From Bdellovibrionales bacterium (GTDB taxonomy: Bacteria; Bdellovibrionota; Bdellovibrionia; Bdellovibrionales; JAGQZY01): a DNA stretch of 64,000 nt. The notes below the pieces were generated by a model, which worked only from the letters and a program-made list of their open reading frames with translations, ran no database searches and was not told the origin of the DNA. This document shows, one piece after another, positions 7,619 through 17,776 of the stretch. Position 1 is the first letter of the stretch. Each line of letters begins with the position of its first letter. The position numbers and the translations under genes are program-made. The stretch lies in contig CAXRHT010000001.1 in the NCBI GenBank assembly GCA_964230645.1, positions 1 through 64,000 of the forward strand, given 5' to 3'.

Positions 7619-10600
7619 ATGATTGATAGCCTTATTCGGTTTTCTCTAAGAAACCGAGCTATAATATTGGTCTCGTCCATTGCTATTTTTATATATGGAG
7701 CTTGGGTGGGTTCTGGATTGTCCATTGACGTCTTTCCCGATCTCAACCGTCCTCGGGTGACAATTCTCACTGAGTCTCATGGCTTAGCCCCTGAAGAAGT
7801 AGAGACACTCGTCACGATTCCCATTGAATCCGTTCTGAATGGGACGCCAAATGTTGTGAATATTCGCTCCAGTAGTGGCGTTGGTATTTCTATTATTTAT
7901 GTGGATTTTCAGTGGGGCACGGATATTTATAGGAATCGTCAATTAATTGCTGAACGACTCCAGCTTGTAACAGACAGACTCCCCACTGACATCCAACCCA
8001 TTATGGGGCCCATATCCTCAATTATGGGGGAAGTTCAGTTTGTGGGCCTTATTAGTAAAGATAAAAATCTTTCGCCTCTAAAAATCAGGACACTCGCCGA
8101 TTGGGTGCTCAGGCCTCGCCTTATGAGTATTTCAGGAGTGAGCCAAGTCGTTGTAATGGGGGGTGGAGTCAAGCAATACCAGATTCTTTTGTCCGCCGAA
8201 AAACTTCAACAAAACGGGCTTTCTCTAGAAGAAGTTAGAAGCTCATTAAAGAAAATCAGTAAAAATACCACCGGGGGTTTTCTCAACGAGGATAATAAAG
8301 AGTTTCTTATTCGTCCCCTAGGGAGAGCCAACTCTATTGAAGACATTAGAGAAACAGCGATTGGTAAACACCTCGGCCGTCCTGTTCTTCTTAAAGATGT
8401 AGCAGAGGTCAAAATAAAAGCAAAGCGTAAGCGAGGGGAAGCTAGTATCAACGCTAAAGAATCTGTGGTCCTAACAATTCAAAAACAACCACAGGCTGAC
8501 ACTGTGGCGCTTACAAGGGAAGTAGAACAGGCTATTGAAGAATTAAAACCCTCCCTTCCAAAGGGTCTAGAAATCAAGACTGACTTATTTAAACAGGCCA
8601 ATTTTATTGAAAACTCCATTTCCAATGTGATGGAAGCCCTGCGCGACGGCACTATTATCGTGGCTATTATTTTATTTCTTTTTCTTCTTAATTTCCGCAC
8701 TACTCTCATCACACTTACCGCCATTCCTATGTCATTTGTGATTAGCTTTTTACTTTTCCGGTGGTTTGATCTGAGCATAAACACCATGACATTAGGAGGT
8801 CTGGCTGTTGCCATTGGAGAGCTAGTTGATGATGCCATTGTGGATGTGGAAAATGTATTCCGAAGATTGAGAGAAAATCATCAATCGAGCCAACCGCGAA
8901 ACCCATTAATTGTAGTATTTGAGGCTTCAAAAGAAATTCGCAGCTCTATTGTTATTTCTACCATGATCGTGGTCGCTGTTTTCGTACCTCTTTTTGCTTT
9001 AAGTGGTCTTGAGGGGAGACTCTTTACTCCCATGGGAGCGGCTTATATAATCTCCCTTCTTGCTTCACTTCTAGTCTCACTGACCCTTACCCCAGTGCTT
9101 TGCTATTTTCTATTGCCGAATTCAGGCGCGATTAGAAAATCGCAAGACCCCATTTTGGTCAAAAAACTTAAAGATTTTTCTCAACCTATTTTTTATCTCT
9201 GCATGGACCACTGGAGACTTGTATTAGGAGCTTGTCTCCTGCCCCTCATTCTCGCCGTCTTATTGTTAACACGAATGGAAAGTAACTTTTTACCAGAATT
9301 CAACGAAGGAACCGCTACAATAGGTGTAGCCGCCTATCCAGGTATTTCACTACCAGCTTCTAACAAATTAGGTAAAAAGGTGGAAGAGGCCATTCTATCA
9401 GTCGATGAGGTTAAGTCCACTGTTCGTCGCACGGGCCGAGCGGAAATGGACGAGCATGCAGAAGGTGTGCATTGGAGTGAGATCGATGTCGACTTCCACC
9501 ACCCCCTAACTCGTACGATGCCATCAATTTTAAAAGACATACGTAAAAAAATCCTGCAAGTGGGCGATTTGGGCGTGAATCTCGGCCAGCCTATAAGTCA
9601 CCGCATTGATCATATGATGAGTGGCATTAGAGCTCAGTTGGCTGTCAAAATCTATGGCCCTGATAGCGTGGAGCTTCGCCGCATTGCTGTGGAAGTTGAA
9701 AATAGACTTAAATCCATGGAGGGACTGGTAGATATACAAATCGAACCCCTAGTCAAAGTTCCTCAACTCTCAATATTGGTGGATCGGTACAGTGCTGCAG
9801 AATTTGCTCTTCCTCCAGGACAGATTGCCGAAGATCTTGAAATGGGTCTACGTGGAGAATCCGTCGGTCAGTTCATCGAAAATCAGAGAATTTTTGACAT
9901 CTACGCTCGGCTTGACGAAGGCTCTCGATCTAACCCAGAAGAAATAGAGAAGTTGATCTTAAAAACGACACCCTCGGGTGAAAAAGTGCGAGTCTCCCAT
10001 GTGGCCGATGTTTACCCGACCAGTGGTCCCAATATGGTGAAAAGAGAAAATCTTCAGCGACGTTTGATAGTGTCAGCAAACGCTCCAGAGAAAGCTCTCA
10101 CAGAAGTTACCACGGCACTCAATAAAAAACTGAATCAACTGACTCTCCCCGAAGGTTACTATGTTTCCTTGGGAGGCCAGTATGAGTCTCAAGTGAAGGC
10201 CAATCGTAGAATCATCTTTTTAGCACTATTGTCGCTTATCACCATTTTAACAATATTGTTTATACAATTTCGCTCAGTGGTTATTTCCCTACTCGTTCTC
10301 ATAAATATTCCCCTCGCCCTCATAGGAAGTGTTATTGCCATTTGGCTTGTGGACTTAAACCTTTCTCTAGCGACAACTGTCGCTTTTATTACTCTATGTG
10401 GAATTGCTAGTAGAAATGGCGTATTGGTTATTAATCACTATATGGATCTTTTCGCAGCAAGTCCGGAGCGACCACTAAGAGAAACAATACTCAAAGGAAG
10501 TCTTGATCGTTTAATTCCTGTACTTATGACCGCAGGCACAGCCATTTTAGCACTTTTACCACTGGCTTTGAGTCGCGGTGAACCTGGAAAAGAGATTCTG

Positions 10601-10744
10601 TATCCAGTGGCTGTGGTAATTATCGGAGGACTTATCAGCTCGACCTTTTTAAACACTTTTTTGCTTCCCGCTCTATTCAATAAACTTGAAGTTAATTATC
10701 TGAAAAACATTCATAAAAAATCAATATCTAACAACAGTCTTTAA
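7619..10744 (+). CDS. CusA/CzcA-family heavy-metal RND efflux pump
   Basis: IDVFPDL, EEVE..VT.PIE, GELVDDAIVDVEN, RLIPVLMTA; about 1040 aa. Confidence 0.95.
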   Translation: MIDSLIRFSLRNRAIILVSSIAIFIYGAWVGSGLSIDVFPDLNRPRVTILTESHGLAPEEVETLVTIPIESVLNGTPNVVNIRSSSGVGISIIYVDFQWGTDIYRNRQLIAERLQLVTDRLPTDIQPIMGPISSIMGEVQFVGLISKDKNLSPLKIRTLADWVLRPRLMSISGVSQVVVMGGGVKQYQILLSAEKLQQNGLSLEEVRSSLKKISKNTTGGFLNEDNKEFLIRPLGRANSIEDIRETAIGKHLGRPVLLKDVAEVKIKAKRKRGEASINAKESVVLTIQKQPQADTVALTREVEQAIEELKPSLPKGLEIKTDLFKQANFIENSISNVMEALRDGTIIVAIILFLFLLNFRTTLITLTAIPMSFVISFLLFRWFDLSINTMTLGGLAVAIGELVDDAIVDVENVFRRLRENHQSSQPRNPLIVVFEASKEIRSSIVISTMIVVAVFVPLFALSGLEGRLFTPMGAAYIISLLASLLVSLTLTPVLCYFLLPNSGAIRKSQDPILVKKLKDFSQPIFYLCMDHWRLVLGACLLPLILAVLLLTRMESNFLPEFNEGTATIGVAAYPGISLPASNKLGKKVEEAILSVDEVKSTVRRTGRAEMDEHAEGVHWSEIDVDFHHPLTRTMPSILKDIRKKILQVGDLGVNLGQPISHRIDHMMSGIRAQLAVKIYGPDSVELRRIAVEVENRLKSMEGLVDIQIEPLVKVPQLSILVDRYSAAEFALPPGQIAEDLEMGLRGESVGQFIENQRIFDIYARLDEGSRSNPEEIEKLILKTTPSGEKVRVSHVADVYPTSGPNMVKRENLQRRLIVSANAPEKALTEVTTALNKKLNQLTLPEGYYVSLGGQYESQVKANRRIIFLALLSLITILTILFIQFRSVVISLLVLINIPLALIGSVIAIWLVDLNLSLATTVAFITLCGIASRNGVLVINHYMDLFAASPERPLRETILKGSLDRLIPVLMTAGTAILALLPLALSRGEPGKEILYPVAVVIIGGLISSTFLNTFLLPALFNKLEVNYLKNIHKKSISNNSL

Positions 10745-10754
10745 AGGAGGACTT

Positions 10755-11201
10755 ATGAAGAAACTAATATTTTTAATCACCTTAATGACGGCCAGTGCCT
10801 ATGCTCACGATGGAGGTCATGGACCCAAACTCGGAGATCAACCTAAGTATGGTGGAAAGGTTGCTGCAGTCATTAACAAAAAAGAAGTTAAAAAAGGAAC
10901 TGATGCCAAATTGCTATACAAAGCGGAACTCACAAAAAACAGCCAAAATATTATACGCGTCTATATGTATAATACAAAAATGAAACTAATGAACTTAAAC
11001 AATCTCAAAAATGCAAAGGCCGATTTAATCTTTAAAGATCGAAAAACGAAAAAATGGAAAGCTGAAACCTTCAACCTTGAGAAAAAAGATGACTTCTATC
11101 AAGGCAAATTACCCGTTCAGCCAAGACGCCCCTTCAATATCGATGTCACTGTCAATGCAGAAGGCAAAGACCTCTTTATGGCCTTTGACAATCTGAACTA
11201 A
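10755..11201 (+). CDS. Periplasmic protein, probably metal-binding
   Basis: Signal peptide followed by AHDGGHGP...YGG. Confidence 0.7.
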   Translation: MKKLIFLITLMTASAYAHDGGHGPKLGDQPKYGGKVAAVINKKEVKKGTDAKLLYKAELTKNSQNIIRVYMYNTKMKLMNLNNLKNAKADLIFKDRKTKKWKAETFNLEKKDDFYQGKLPVQPRRPFNIDVTVNAEGKDLFMAFDNLN

Positions 11202-11214
11202 AAAAGGTGTTTGT

Positions 11215-12468
11215 ATGAAGTCACCAAAATCAATTATTTTTTTACTGATCTTTGTTTGCAGGATTGAAGATGCTCTATCTAAGGAGATTTCTTACGACCA
11301 AATAGAGAATTTGGTGAGAACTGCTAATCCTAAGGTAGAAGCCCTCAAATTGCGGACCGAAAGTGCTCGCCTTAAAACAGGTTTTCTCACCCGCTCGTTT
11401 ATTCCAGAAGTTCAACTCTCTGCTGGTCATGAAAATTTTAATTCTGACCCTCTGGGGCATCAGAATACGCAATTTTTTGGCGTAAACGCCAATGCTAATA
11501 TTTTTAATGGAATGGCTGACCATTGGGAGGAAGAAAAAAGACAAGCTCAAGTTGATTTGCGGATGCTTCAAAACACTAAAACACTCAATGATATTATATA
11601 TGAAGCCAAAGAGACCTATTTGTCTCTTTGGCGTTTAAAAAACACCTTGCACACACTTGAACAAGGTTTAAAGCAGATTAGAAAAATAAAAAGTAAAGTG
11701 TCAAAAAAAATTTCCAGTGGCGTCATTGCAAAATCAGATCTGACCTCCATAAACTTAATGCAGATAGCTTTTGAAGAAAACATTCGCCAGACGAACCGAA
11801 ATATTTTCACTCAGACCCAATACCTTCGCCTCTATTTAGGAAATAAAAAACTCAATCCTGATGAATTGGCAAATGACAATTTAGAGAACTTATATAAATC
11901 ACCAGAACCCAATCATTTTACCTTTCTTGAAACCAAACTCCTCGCTACCGAGTCCCTTCTAAAAAAATATGCTTCTTTTTCCAGTGATGCCAAAAAACTT
12001 CCGAGTCTCGATATTTTTGCCAACTATGCTCGAGTACCCTTTTCAGCAAGAGAATTTGTTCTCCCCTTAAATCGGATGGAATGGCAAGCCGGTGTAAGAG
12101 CCACTTGGGAGCTCGGAGCCTTCTTCGAGAACGATCGTCTCGCTAAGAGCCTAGAGACTGAAGCGACATTCATTAACAGTATATCCTCGTATACCCAATC
12201 CCGTAATGAAGCCAAAAAAAATTCTTTGATCCAAAAATTGAACTCACTTCAGGTTTCTATTAAACAACTTTCTACACAAAAAAAAACAAGCCAGAGCTTC
12301 TATGAACAGGTTTCAAATGAATACCTTCGAGGAGTGAAATCGACTTCCGATTTAACCAATGCTTTCAACCAAGCTCTCAGCCTTGATTTAAAACACTACA
12401 ATCTCATTGTGGAGTACCATTTAGCGCAAGCCAACTTACAACAAATTCGCCATACCGAGGAGCTTTGA
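11215..12468 (+). CDS. TolC-family outer membrane factor
   Basis: Signal peptide, two repeats with P..D/Q.L motifs and helical hairpins, EY.RG...DL. Confidence 0.8.
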   Translation: MKSPKSIIFLLIFVCRIEDALSKEISYDQIENLVRTANPKVEALKLRTESARLKTGFLTRSFIPEVQLSAGHENFNSDPLGHQNTQFFGVNANANIFNGMADHWEEEKRQAQVDLRMLQNTKTLNDIIYEAKETYLSLWRLKNTLHTLEQGLKQIRKIKSKVSKKISSGVIAKSDLTSINLMQIAFEENIRQTNRNIFTQTQYLRLYLGNKKLNPDELANDNLENLYKSPEPNHFTFLETKLLATESLLKKYASFSSDAKKLPSLDIFANYARVPFSAREFVLPLNRMEWQAGVRATWELGAFFENDRLAKSLETEATFINSISSYTQSRNEAKKNSLIQKLNSLQVSIKQLSTQKKTSQSFYEQVSNEYLRGVKSTSDLTNAFNQALSLDLKHYNLIVEYHLAQANLQQIRHTEEL

Positions 12469-12480
12469 TGATGTAGAGAA

Positions 12481-12801
12481 TTAAAGATCAACCCCTTGAG
12501 TGACTGAAGATTTAAAAAGGCGAATAACTTCTTCAATCTTTTCGTCTTTATCTTCTTCGGATTTACCCCTAAAACTTTTTTGCACGCAACAGCGAATATG
12601 GGATTCGATCAAAGACGCTTCAATAGATGCTAAAGCTTTCCTAGTAGCACGTACTTGCTGAATAATTTCGGGGCAGTATCTTTTCTCTTCGATCATTTTT
12701 TTAAGGCCACCCACTTGACCTTCAACACGATTCATTTTTGGTAACAGAGCCGAATGATCGGCTCCTGTGGGAAGATCGTTTTTTTGTTTTTTCTTTTTCA
12801 T
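12481..12801 (-). CDS. csoR: CsoR/RcnR-family metal-sensing repressor
   Basis: RVEGQVGGL.KMIEE.RYC....Q, H.RCC (C-H-C copper ligand pattern). Confidence 0.85.
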   Translation of the reverse strand: MKKKKQKNDLPTGADHSALLPKMNRVEGQVGGLKKMIEEKRYCPEIIQQVRATRKALASIEASLIESHIRCCVQKSFRGKSEEDKDEKIEEVIRLFKSSVTQGVDL

Positions 12802-12902
12802 AAATGTGTACCTTTTTAAACAAGCTTGAGAAAACATAAAAAATATTAGTCCTACCCTATTACCGTACTGTTTCCACTCTTTACAAATGGATTTTGGCTA
12901 AT

Positions 12903-12919
12903 ATACTCCCCCTAAGTAT
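12903..12919. promoter_or_regulatory. CsoR-type operator
   Basis: ATACT-CCCCCTA-AGTAT: TAC/GTA inverted repeat around a C tract, between csoR and the oxidase gene. Confidence 0.65.
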
Positions 12920-12934
12920 CTAAAGGATTTTTTT

Positions 12935-15397
12935 ATGACTAACTATTTGAAATTTACTTTTTTTCTTTTACTTTTTACTCGACCCTTTAACGCTCACGCC
13001 AAGGTAGTCAACTACGAGTTGGTGGTAAGCAAAGGAAATATTCAAGTTAAAGATAAAACTTTCAAGGATATGTTTCTAATTAATGGCTCGGTCCCCGCCC
13101 CGGAGCTTGTTTTTCATTACGGCGACACTGCTCGAATAAAGGTCATCAATAAAACAGACTCCAAAACCCTAATTCACTGGCACGGAATCATTATCCCTAA
13201 CGAAATGGACGGAGTTCCTTTTGTAAACTCGCGCCCAATAGAACCCCAATCAGAGAAAATCTATGAGTTTCCTATCAAACAAACGGGCACCTACTGGTAT
13301 CACTCTCACGTCATGTTTCAGGAAGAAGATGGTATGTATGGCGCCCTCAAATTTCTTCCCAAAGAGGAATCAGAAAAAGAAAGCATTGATGAGAACACTG
13401 TTTTGCTTGCGGACTTAACCGAAGAAAAAGGTTCTACGGTTCACCGCAATCTCAAACGGGATGGTGAATATTATGATTTATTCAAAGACACAGTACAATC
13501 TTGGTTAAAAGCTTTTAAAACAGGAACTGCACTGACAAAGTGGCGTAACAGCTTACAAAGAATGGGAGGGATGGATTACGCTGACGTCGCTTATGACTTT
13601 TTTACCGCCAACGGAACGCCGGAATATGAAATAACAACTAAGGCCAATAAGCCACGTCTTAGAAAAATTCGTCTCATCAACGGGTCAGCAACCAGTATCT
13701 TTAAGGTTACTTATGCAGGACAACCCATGACAGTTATCGCAGCTGACGGTCTTCCTGTGGAACCTGTTAAAGTCAATATCCTACCAATAAGTGTGGCCGA
13801 AACCTATGACATCCTTGTTGAAACTGATCCCAGTAGAAGACTAGAGCTCAGAGCTACCTCATTGGATAATTCAGGCTTTAGCTCCACTTGGATTGGACCT
13901 AAGGGGGCTGAGAAGAAAAAGGCCCCTGACATGCCTTGGGAGCAACCCATTGGAGTGACGATGGGAGAAATGATGGGCATGCCAAAAATGGGTTTTTGGA
14001 AAGAGTTCGCCATGGTTTATAAAAACGAATTTCGTGATATTCCTCACGACATCAACGACAAGCTTTACTCAAGCTACTCCCTACCCTCTATGAAAACTCT
14101 TATGCCCATGATGGATCATTCTAAAATGAAGTCCAAGTCTATGAAAAACCATAAAAAGAAAAAAGACAAAAAGAAACAGGAGTCTCATATTGATCACTCC
14201 ATGGCAAAAAAATCAGCTAATCCAAAAACCGTGAAGGAAGATAAAATTGAAACGGCCAGCACCCAACTGGAAATAGCTCAAAAGCATTTGAAATACGATA
14301 GTAACAATCCTCTTCAATCCGAAAGAAAGCTTTATAAAGTCAAACCCGAAGCTGGGCAAAAATTTAGAATCATGAACCAGGCTCCAGCCAGCATGAAAAA
14401 TAACTACCGCGGGGAGATTGATGGGATTTCACACTTTAATGAGCTGACATACGGGGCTTTAAGAGCGAAAGTCGCTATTGATACAGAAACCAAAAAACCC
14501 CTGCGAGTAATTCCCTTTACTCTCAATGGTAATATGGAAAACTATGTCTGGACAATCAACGGACGCCCCGTGGGTCCGGACACCTATATTAAGATTAAAA
14601 AAGGGGAACGGGTTCGTTTTGTGATGAAAAATACGACCATGATGAATCATCCCATGCATCTTCATGGTCATTTCTTTCGAGTAATGACTCAGCAAGGGAA
14701 GTGGTCTGCATTAAAGCACACAGTAAATACCGCTCCCCTAACGACAACTGTGATTGAATTTGCAGCCAGTGAAGACAAAGACTGGTTTTTTCACTGCCAT
14801 ATTCTCTACCATATGATGGATGGTATGACTCGTATAGTTCGCTACGAGGACCAACCTGGACCTAAAGAGTTAGAAAAGGCACGTGAAGATTCTAAAGAAT
14901 TCAACTTCCCCTCAAGTCTCTTCTTGCGCAATAAAGTTTTAGCGCAATCAAATTACTCTCGAATAGAAGGACGCCTTTTTAATTCTTATTACCAATTAGA
15001 GTATGACTTCCTTGGAAACTACGAGGGCAATTACGAAGGTGAACTTCACCTTGCAAGAGTATTGACTCGATTTTTAACCCTCTACGTTGGAGGAAGGATC
15101 GAGCAGGAAGGTGCCAAAGCCTCTGAGTCGACTCCCACTCTTGGCTTTACATGGATTCTGCCTCTCAATATTGAAGTGGATGTTAAATACCAGCCTCTCA
15201 TTGAAAATAATCTCTTTGAAATTGAGCTTGAAAACGTGATTCAACTCACCGATCGTTTACAGATGAACCTTGAGTATAGTTCCATTAGAAACTTCTATAC
15301 CGAGCTAGAATGGCGGCAGACCAAACATCTTTCTTTCACCGCGAACTACAATCGAACTTTCGACACCTTTGGGGTTGGTTTAGGATATACTTACTAG
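12935..15397 (+). CDS. Multicopper oxidase (CopA/PcoA-like) with Met/His/Lys-rich insert and C-terminal beta-barrel-like domain
   Basis: HWHG, WYHSH, HPMHLHGH, HCHILYHMMDGM; C-terminus of amphipathic strands ending GLGYTY. Confidence 0.9.
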   Translation: MTNYLKFTFFLLLFTRPFNAHAKVVNYELVVSKGNIQVKDKTFKDMFLINGSVPAPELVFHYGDTARIKVINKTDSKTLIHWHGIIIPNEMDGVPFVNSRPIEPQSEKIYEFPIKQTGTYWYHSHVMFQEEDGMYGALKFLPKEESEKESIDENTVLLADLTEEKGSTVHRNLKRDGEYYDLFKDTVQSWLKAFKTGTALTKWRNSLQRMGGMDYADVAYDFFTANGTPEYEITTKANKPRLRKIRLINGSATSIFKVTYAGQPMTVIAADGLPVEPVKVNILPISVAETYDILVETDPSRRLELRATSLDNSGFSSTWIGPKGAEKKKAPDMPWEQPIGVTMGEMMGMPKMGFWKEFAMVYKNEFRDIPHDINDKLYSSYSLPSMKTLMPMMDHSKMKSKSMKNHKKKKDKKKQESHIDHSMAKKSANPKTVKEDKIETASTQLEIAQKHLKYDSNNPLQSERKLYKVKPEAGQKFRIMNQAPASMKNNYRGEIDGISHFNELTYGALRAKVAIDTETKKPLRVIPFTLNGNMENYVWTINGRPVGPDTYIKIKKGERVRFVMKNTTMMNHPMHLHGHFFRVMTQQGKWSALKHTVNTAPLTTTVIEFAASEDKDWFFHCHILYHMMDGMTRIVRYEDQPGPKELEKAREDSKEFNFPSSLFLRNKVLAQSNYSRIEGRLFNSYYQLEYDFLGNYEGNYEGELHLARVLTRFLTLYVGGRIEQEGAKASESTPTLGFTWILPLNIEVDVKYQPLIENNLFEIELENVIQLTDRLQMNLEYSSIRNFYTELEWRQTKHLSFTANYNRTFDTFGVGLGYTY

Positions 15398-15411
15398 GAG
15401 TTTCATAGCTT

Positions 15412-16725
15412 ATGAATTCAAAAAATAATGAGACTTTGAGCTTACCAGGGGCAATTGCTATGGGAACAGGGGTGATGATCGGTGCGGGTATTTTTGCTCT
15501 CACAGGTCAAGTGGCCGAACTTGGTGGCACCTGGTTTCCTTTTGCCTTTCTAATAGCCGGCATCGTCGCAGCCTTTAGCTCCTATAGTTACATAAAAGTT
15601 TGCAATAAATATCCCTCGTCAGGGGGTATCGCCATGATTTTAAAGAAAGCCTACGGACCGACAACAATCACCGGCGCCTCCGCCCTACTTATGTACTTCT
15701 CAATGGTGATTAACGAGAGTCTGGTGGCGCGTACTTTCGCAACCTACACCTTACAAGCTATTGATATCCCCGGACACCAAAGCTTTTTAGTACCGCCTTT
15801 AGGAGTGGGACTTTTACTGCTCGCTTTTTTTGTAAACTTGATGAGCAACAACGCAATACAAACTTTTTCGTACGTGATGGCCTTTGTAAAGGTCATTGGG
15901 CTTGGACTACTCGCTCTTGGAGGACTTTGGGTGTCAGGGTTTGAGTTTAAAGGTCTTACTCCGATGCCTCGACAAACCACTCCCATAGATTTTTTTGGCG
16001 CTATCGCACTTGGGATACTAGCTTTTAAAGGCTTTACTACGATCACTAATAGTGGTGGAGAATTGGTCAACGCAAAGAAAAATGTAGGCCGAGCCATTAT
16101 GATATCCCTTGGAATTTGTGTAGGAGTCTATCTCCTTACTTGTTTTGCCGTGGCAGGAAATTTGACAATTTCGGAAATCGTAGAAGCGAAAAACTACGTC
16201 CTTGCCGAAGCAGCCCGACCTACTTTCGGTGACTGGGGCGTATGGATCACCGTGGCCTTCGCCATAGCGGCAACGGCCTCGGGAGTAATCGCATCAGCTT
16301 TCGCTGTTTCCAGAATGCTAGCAATGCTCACAGATATGGGCATTGTTCCCCACAGTCATTTTGGGATGCCTGGGGATATTCAAAAGCACACTTTGGTTTA
16401 CACCATCGTTTTTGCGATGATACTCACAATATTTTTCGACCTTTCGAGTATCGCTTCTTTAGGGGCTATTTTTTATATTGTTATGGACATAGTCATTCAT
16501 TGGGGAGTACTCAAACATTTAAAAGAAGATGTTCAAGCTAGTCCGGCCATTCTCGTAGTTGCCATTGCTTTAGACGTATTAGCTTTGTCCGCTCTCATCT
16601 ATGTTAAAATTCAATCCGACATGGTGGTAATATATGCCTCGCTCATTGGTTTTATCCTTATCTTTGCGGGAGAAAAAATGTTCCTAACATACTCAGACAA
16701 GTCTCAGAAAAAAAAGGACAACTGA
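15412..16725 (+). CDS. APC-family amino acid permease
   Basis: GTGVMIGAGIF, PSSGG, AFKGF, about 12 TM segments. Confidence 0.9.
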   Translation: MNSKNNETLSLPGAIAMGTGVMIGAGIFALTGQVAELGGTWFPFAFLIAGIVAAFSSYSYIKVCNKYPSSGGIAMILKKAYGPTTITGASALLMYFSMVINESLVARTFATYTLQAIDIPGHQSFLVPPLGVGLLLLAFFVNLMSNNAIQTFSYVMAFVKVIGLGLLALGGLWVSGFEFKGLTPMPRQTTPIDFFGAIALGILAFKGFTTITNSGGELVNAKKNVGRAIMISLGICVGVYLLTCFAVAGNLTISEIVEAKNYVLAEAARPTFGDWGVWITVAFAIAATASGVIASAFAVSRMLAMLTDMGIVPHSHFGMPGDIQKHTLVYTIVFAMILTIFFDLSSIASLGAIFYIVMDIVIHWGVLKHLKEDVQASPAILVVAIALDVLALSALIYVKIQSDMVVIYASLIGFILIFAGEKMFLTYSDKSQKKKDN

Positions 16726-16727
16726 AA

Positions 16728-17249
16728 ATGGAAAACTCTATGCTACGGCTGAAGCTTGTAGGGATAGTATATTTTATCATCCAATTAGTCTTAATCAGTA
16801 CCTCTTCGGCTCACCAGGGCGAAAGTCACCAAAAAGAATTCAACTCCACTAAACCTGGTAAAAAAGCAGCCCAGACCGTTGATAAAATTGGACAATTATA
16901 CTCGTCCAGAATTCAATCTATTTTTGAAAAAAGTTGTTACGACTGCCATGGTGAGATCAGAAAATTCCCATGGTATTATCAGGTGCCGGGAGCAAAACAA
17001 TTAATAGACTCGGATCGTACTGAGGCTAAAAAACATCTCGACATGAGAGATGGTTTTCCATTTAAGGGGAACGGTTCAGTTAAACAGGATTTAAAAGCAA
17101 TAAAGGATGTCATACTCCAAGAATCTATGCCCCCTTTACGTTATAAGATTCTACATTGGGATAGCATCATGAATAAAAAAGAAAAAGAGGTTGTACTTGA
17201 GTGGGTTAGAACGGGGCTTAATATTACAGCTGAAGAAGATAATTTATGA
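16728..17249 (+). CDS. Haem-binding domain protein (c-type)
   Basis: SCYDCH...PWY...MPP.RY..LH. Confidence 0.85.
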   Translation: MENSMLRLKLVGIVYFIIQLVLISTSSAHQGESHQKEFNSTKPGKKAAQTVDKIGQLYSSRIQSIFEKSCYDCHGEIRKFPWYYQVPGAKQLIDSDRTEAKKHLDMRDGFPFKGNGSVKQDLKAIKDVILQESMPPLRYKILHWDSIMNKKEKEVVLEWVRTGLNITAEEDNL

Positions 17250-17671
17250 TAGCCGTCACAATTATTTCTTTTCTGTCGACCTCCATCGTGATCGGTTTTC
17301 ACTTTTGGTCCATTCTGTATTTACGGAAAATTATGCCTTCCAAAAAAGATCACAATCATTTCTTTCGTAGTTTTTTGATTTTAGAAGGTATTTTCGCAGT
17401 CCACCTTTTGGAGATTTTGTTTTATGCAGTGATCTACTACGCCACCTCTGAATGGCTAAATTTGGGAGATTTAGGCAATAAGGGTGGGGAGACGATTCTC
17501 AACTATATCTATTTTTCAATCTCAACTTACTCTACATTAGGACTTACTCAATTTTATCCACAGGGTGCGATTAAGATTCTTACAGGAATGGAGAGCTTGA
17601 CAGGGTTTATAATGATTACTTGGTCTGCTTCCTTCTTTTTTTCTATCGTTCATCAAAATAAGGACAAATGA
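17246..17671 (+). CDS. Two-TM ion channel family protein
   Basis: YFSISTYSTLG pore helix, ESLTGFIMITWSAS. Confidence 0.8.
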   Translation: MIAVTIISFLSTSIVIGFHFWSILYLRKIMPSKKDHNHFFRSFLILEGIFAVHLLEILFYAVIYYATSEWLNLGDLGNKGGETILNYIYFSISTYSTLGLTQFYPQGAIKILTGMESLTGFIMITWSASFFFSIVHQNKDK

Positions 17672-17776
17672 ATCTACTGATTCTATAAAAGTTCCTAATA
17701 ATTTTGAATTGAATAGAATTTAGTTTATGGACAGGAAGGCGTAACAACGGTAGGTTTGTTGAAAAAGGGAAGCTCG

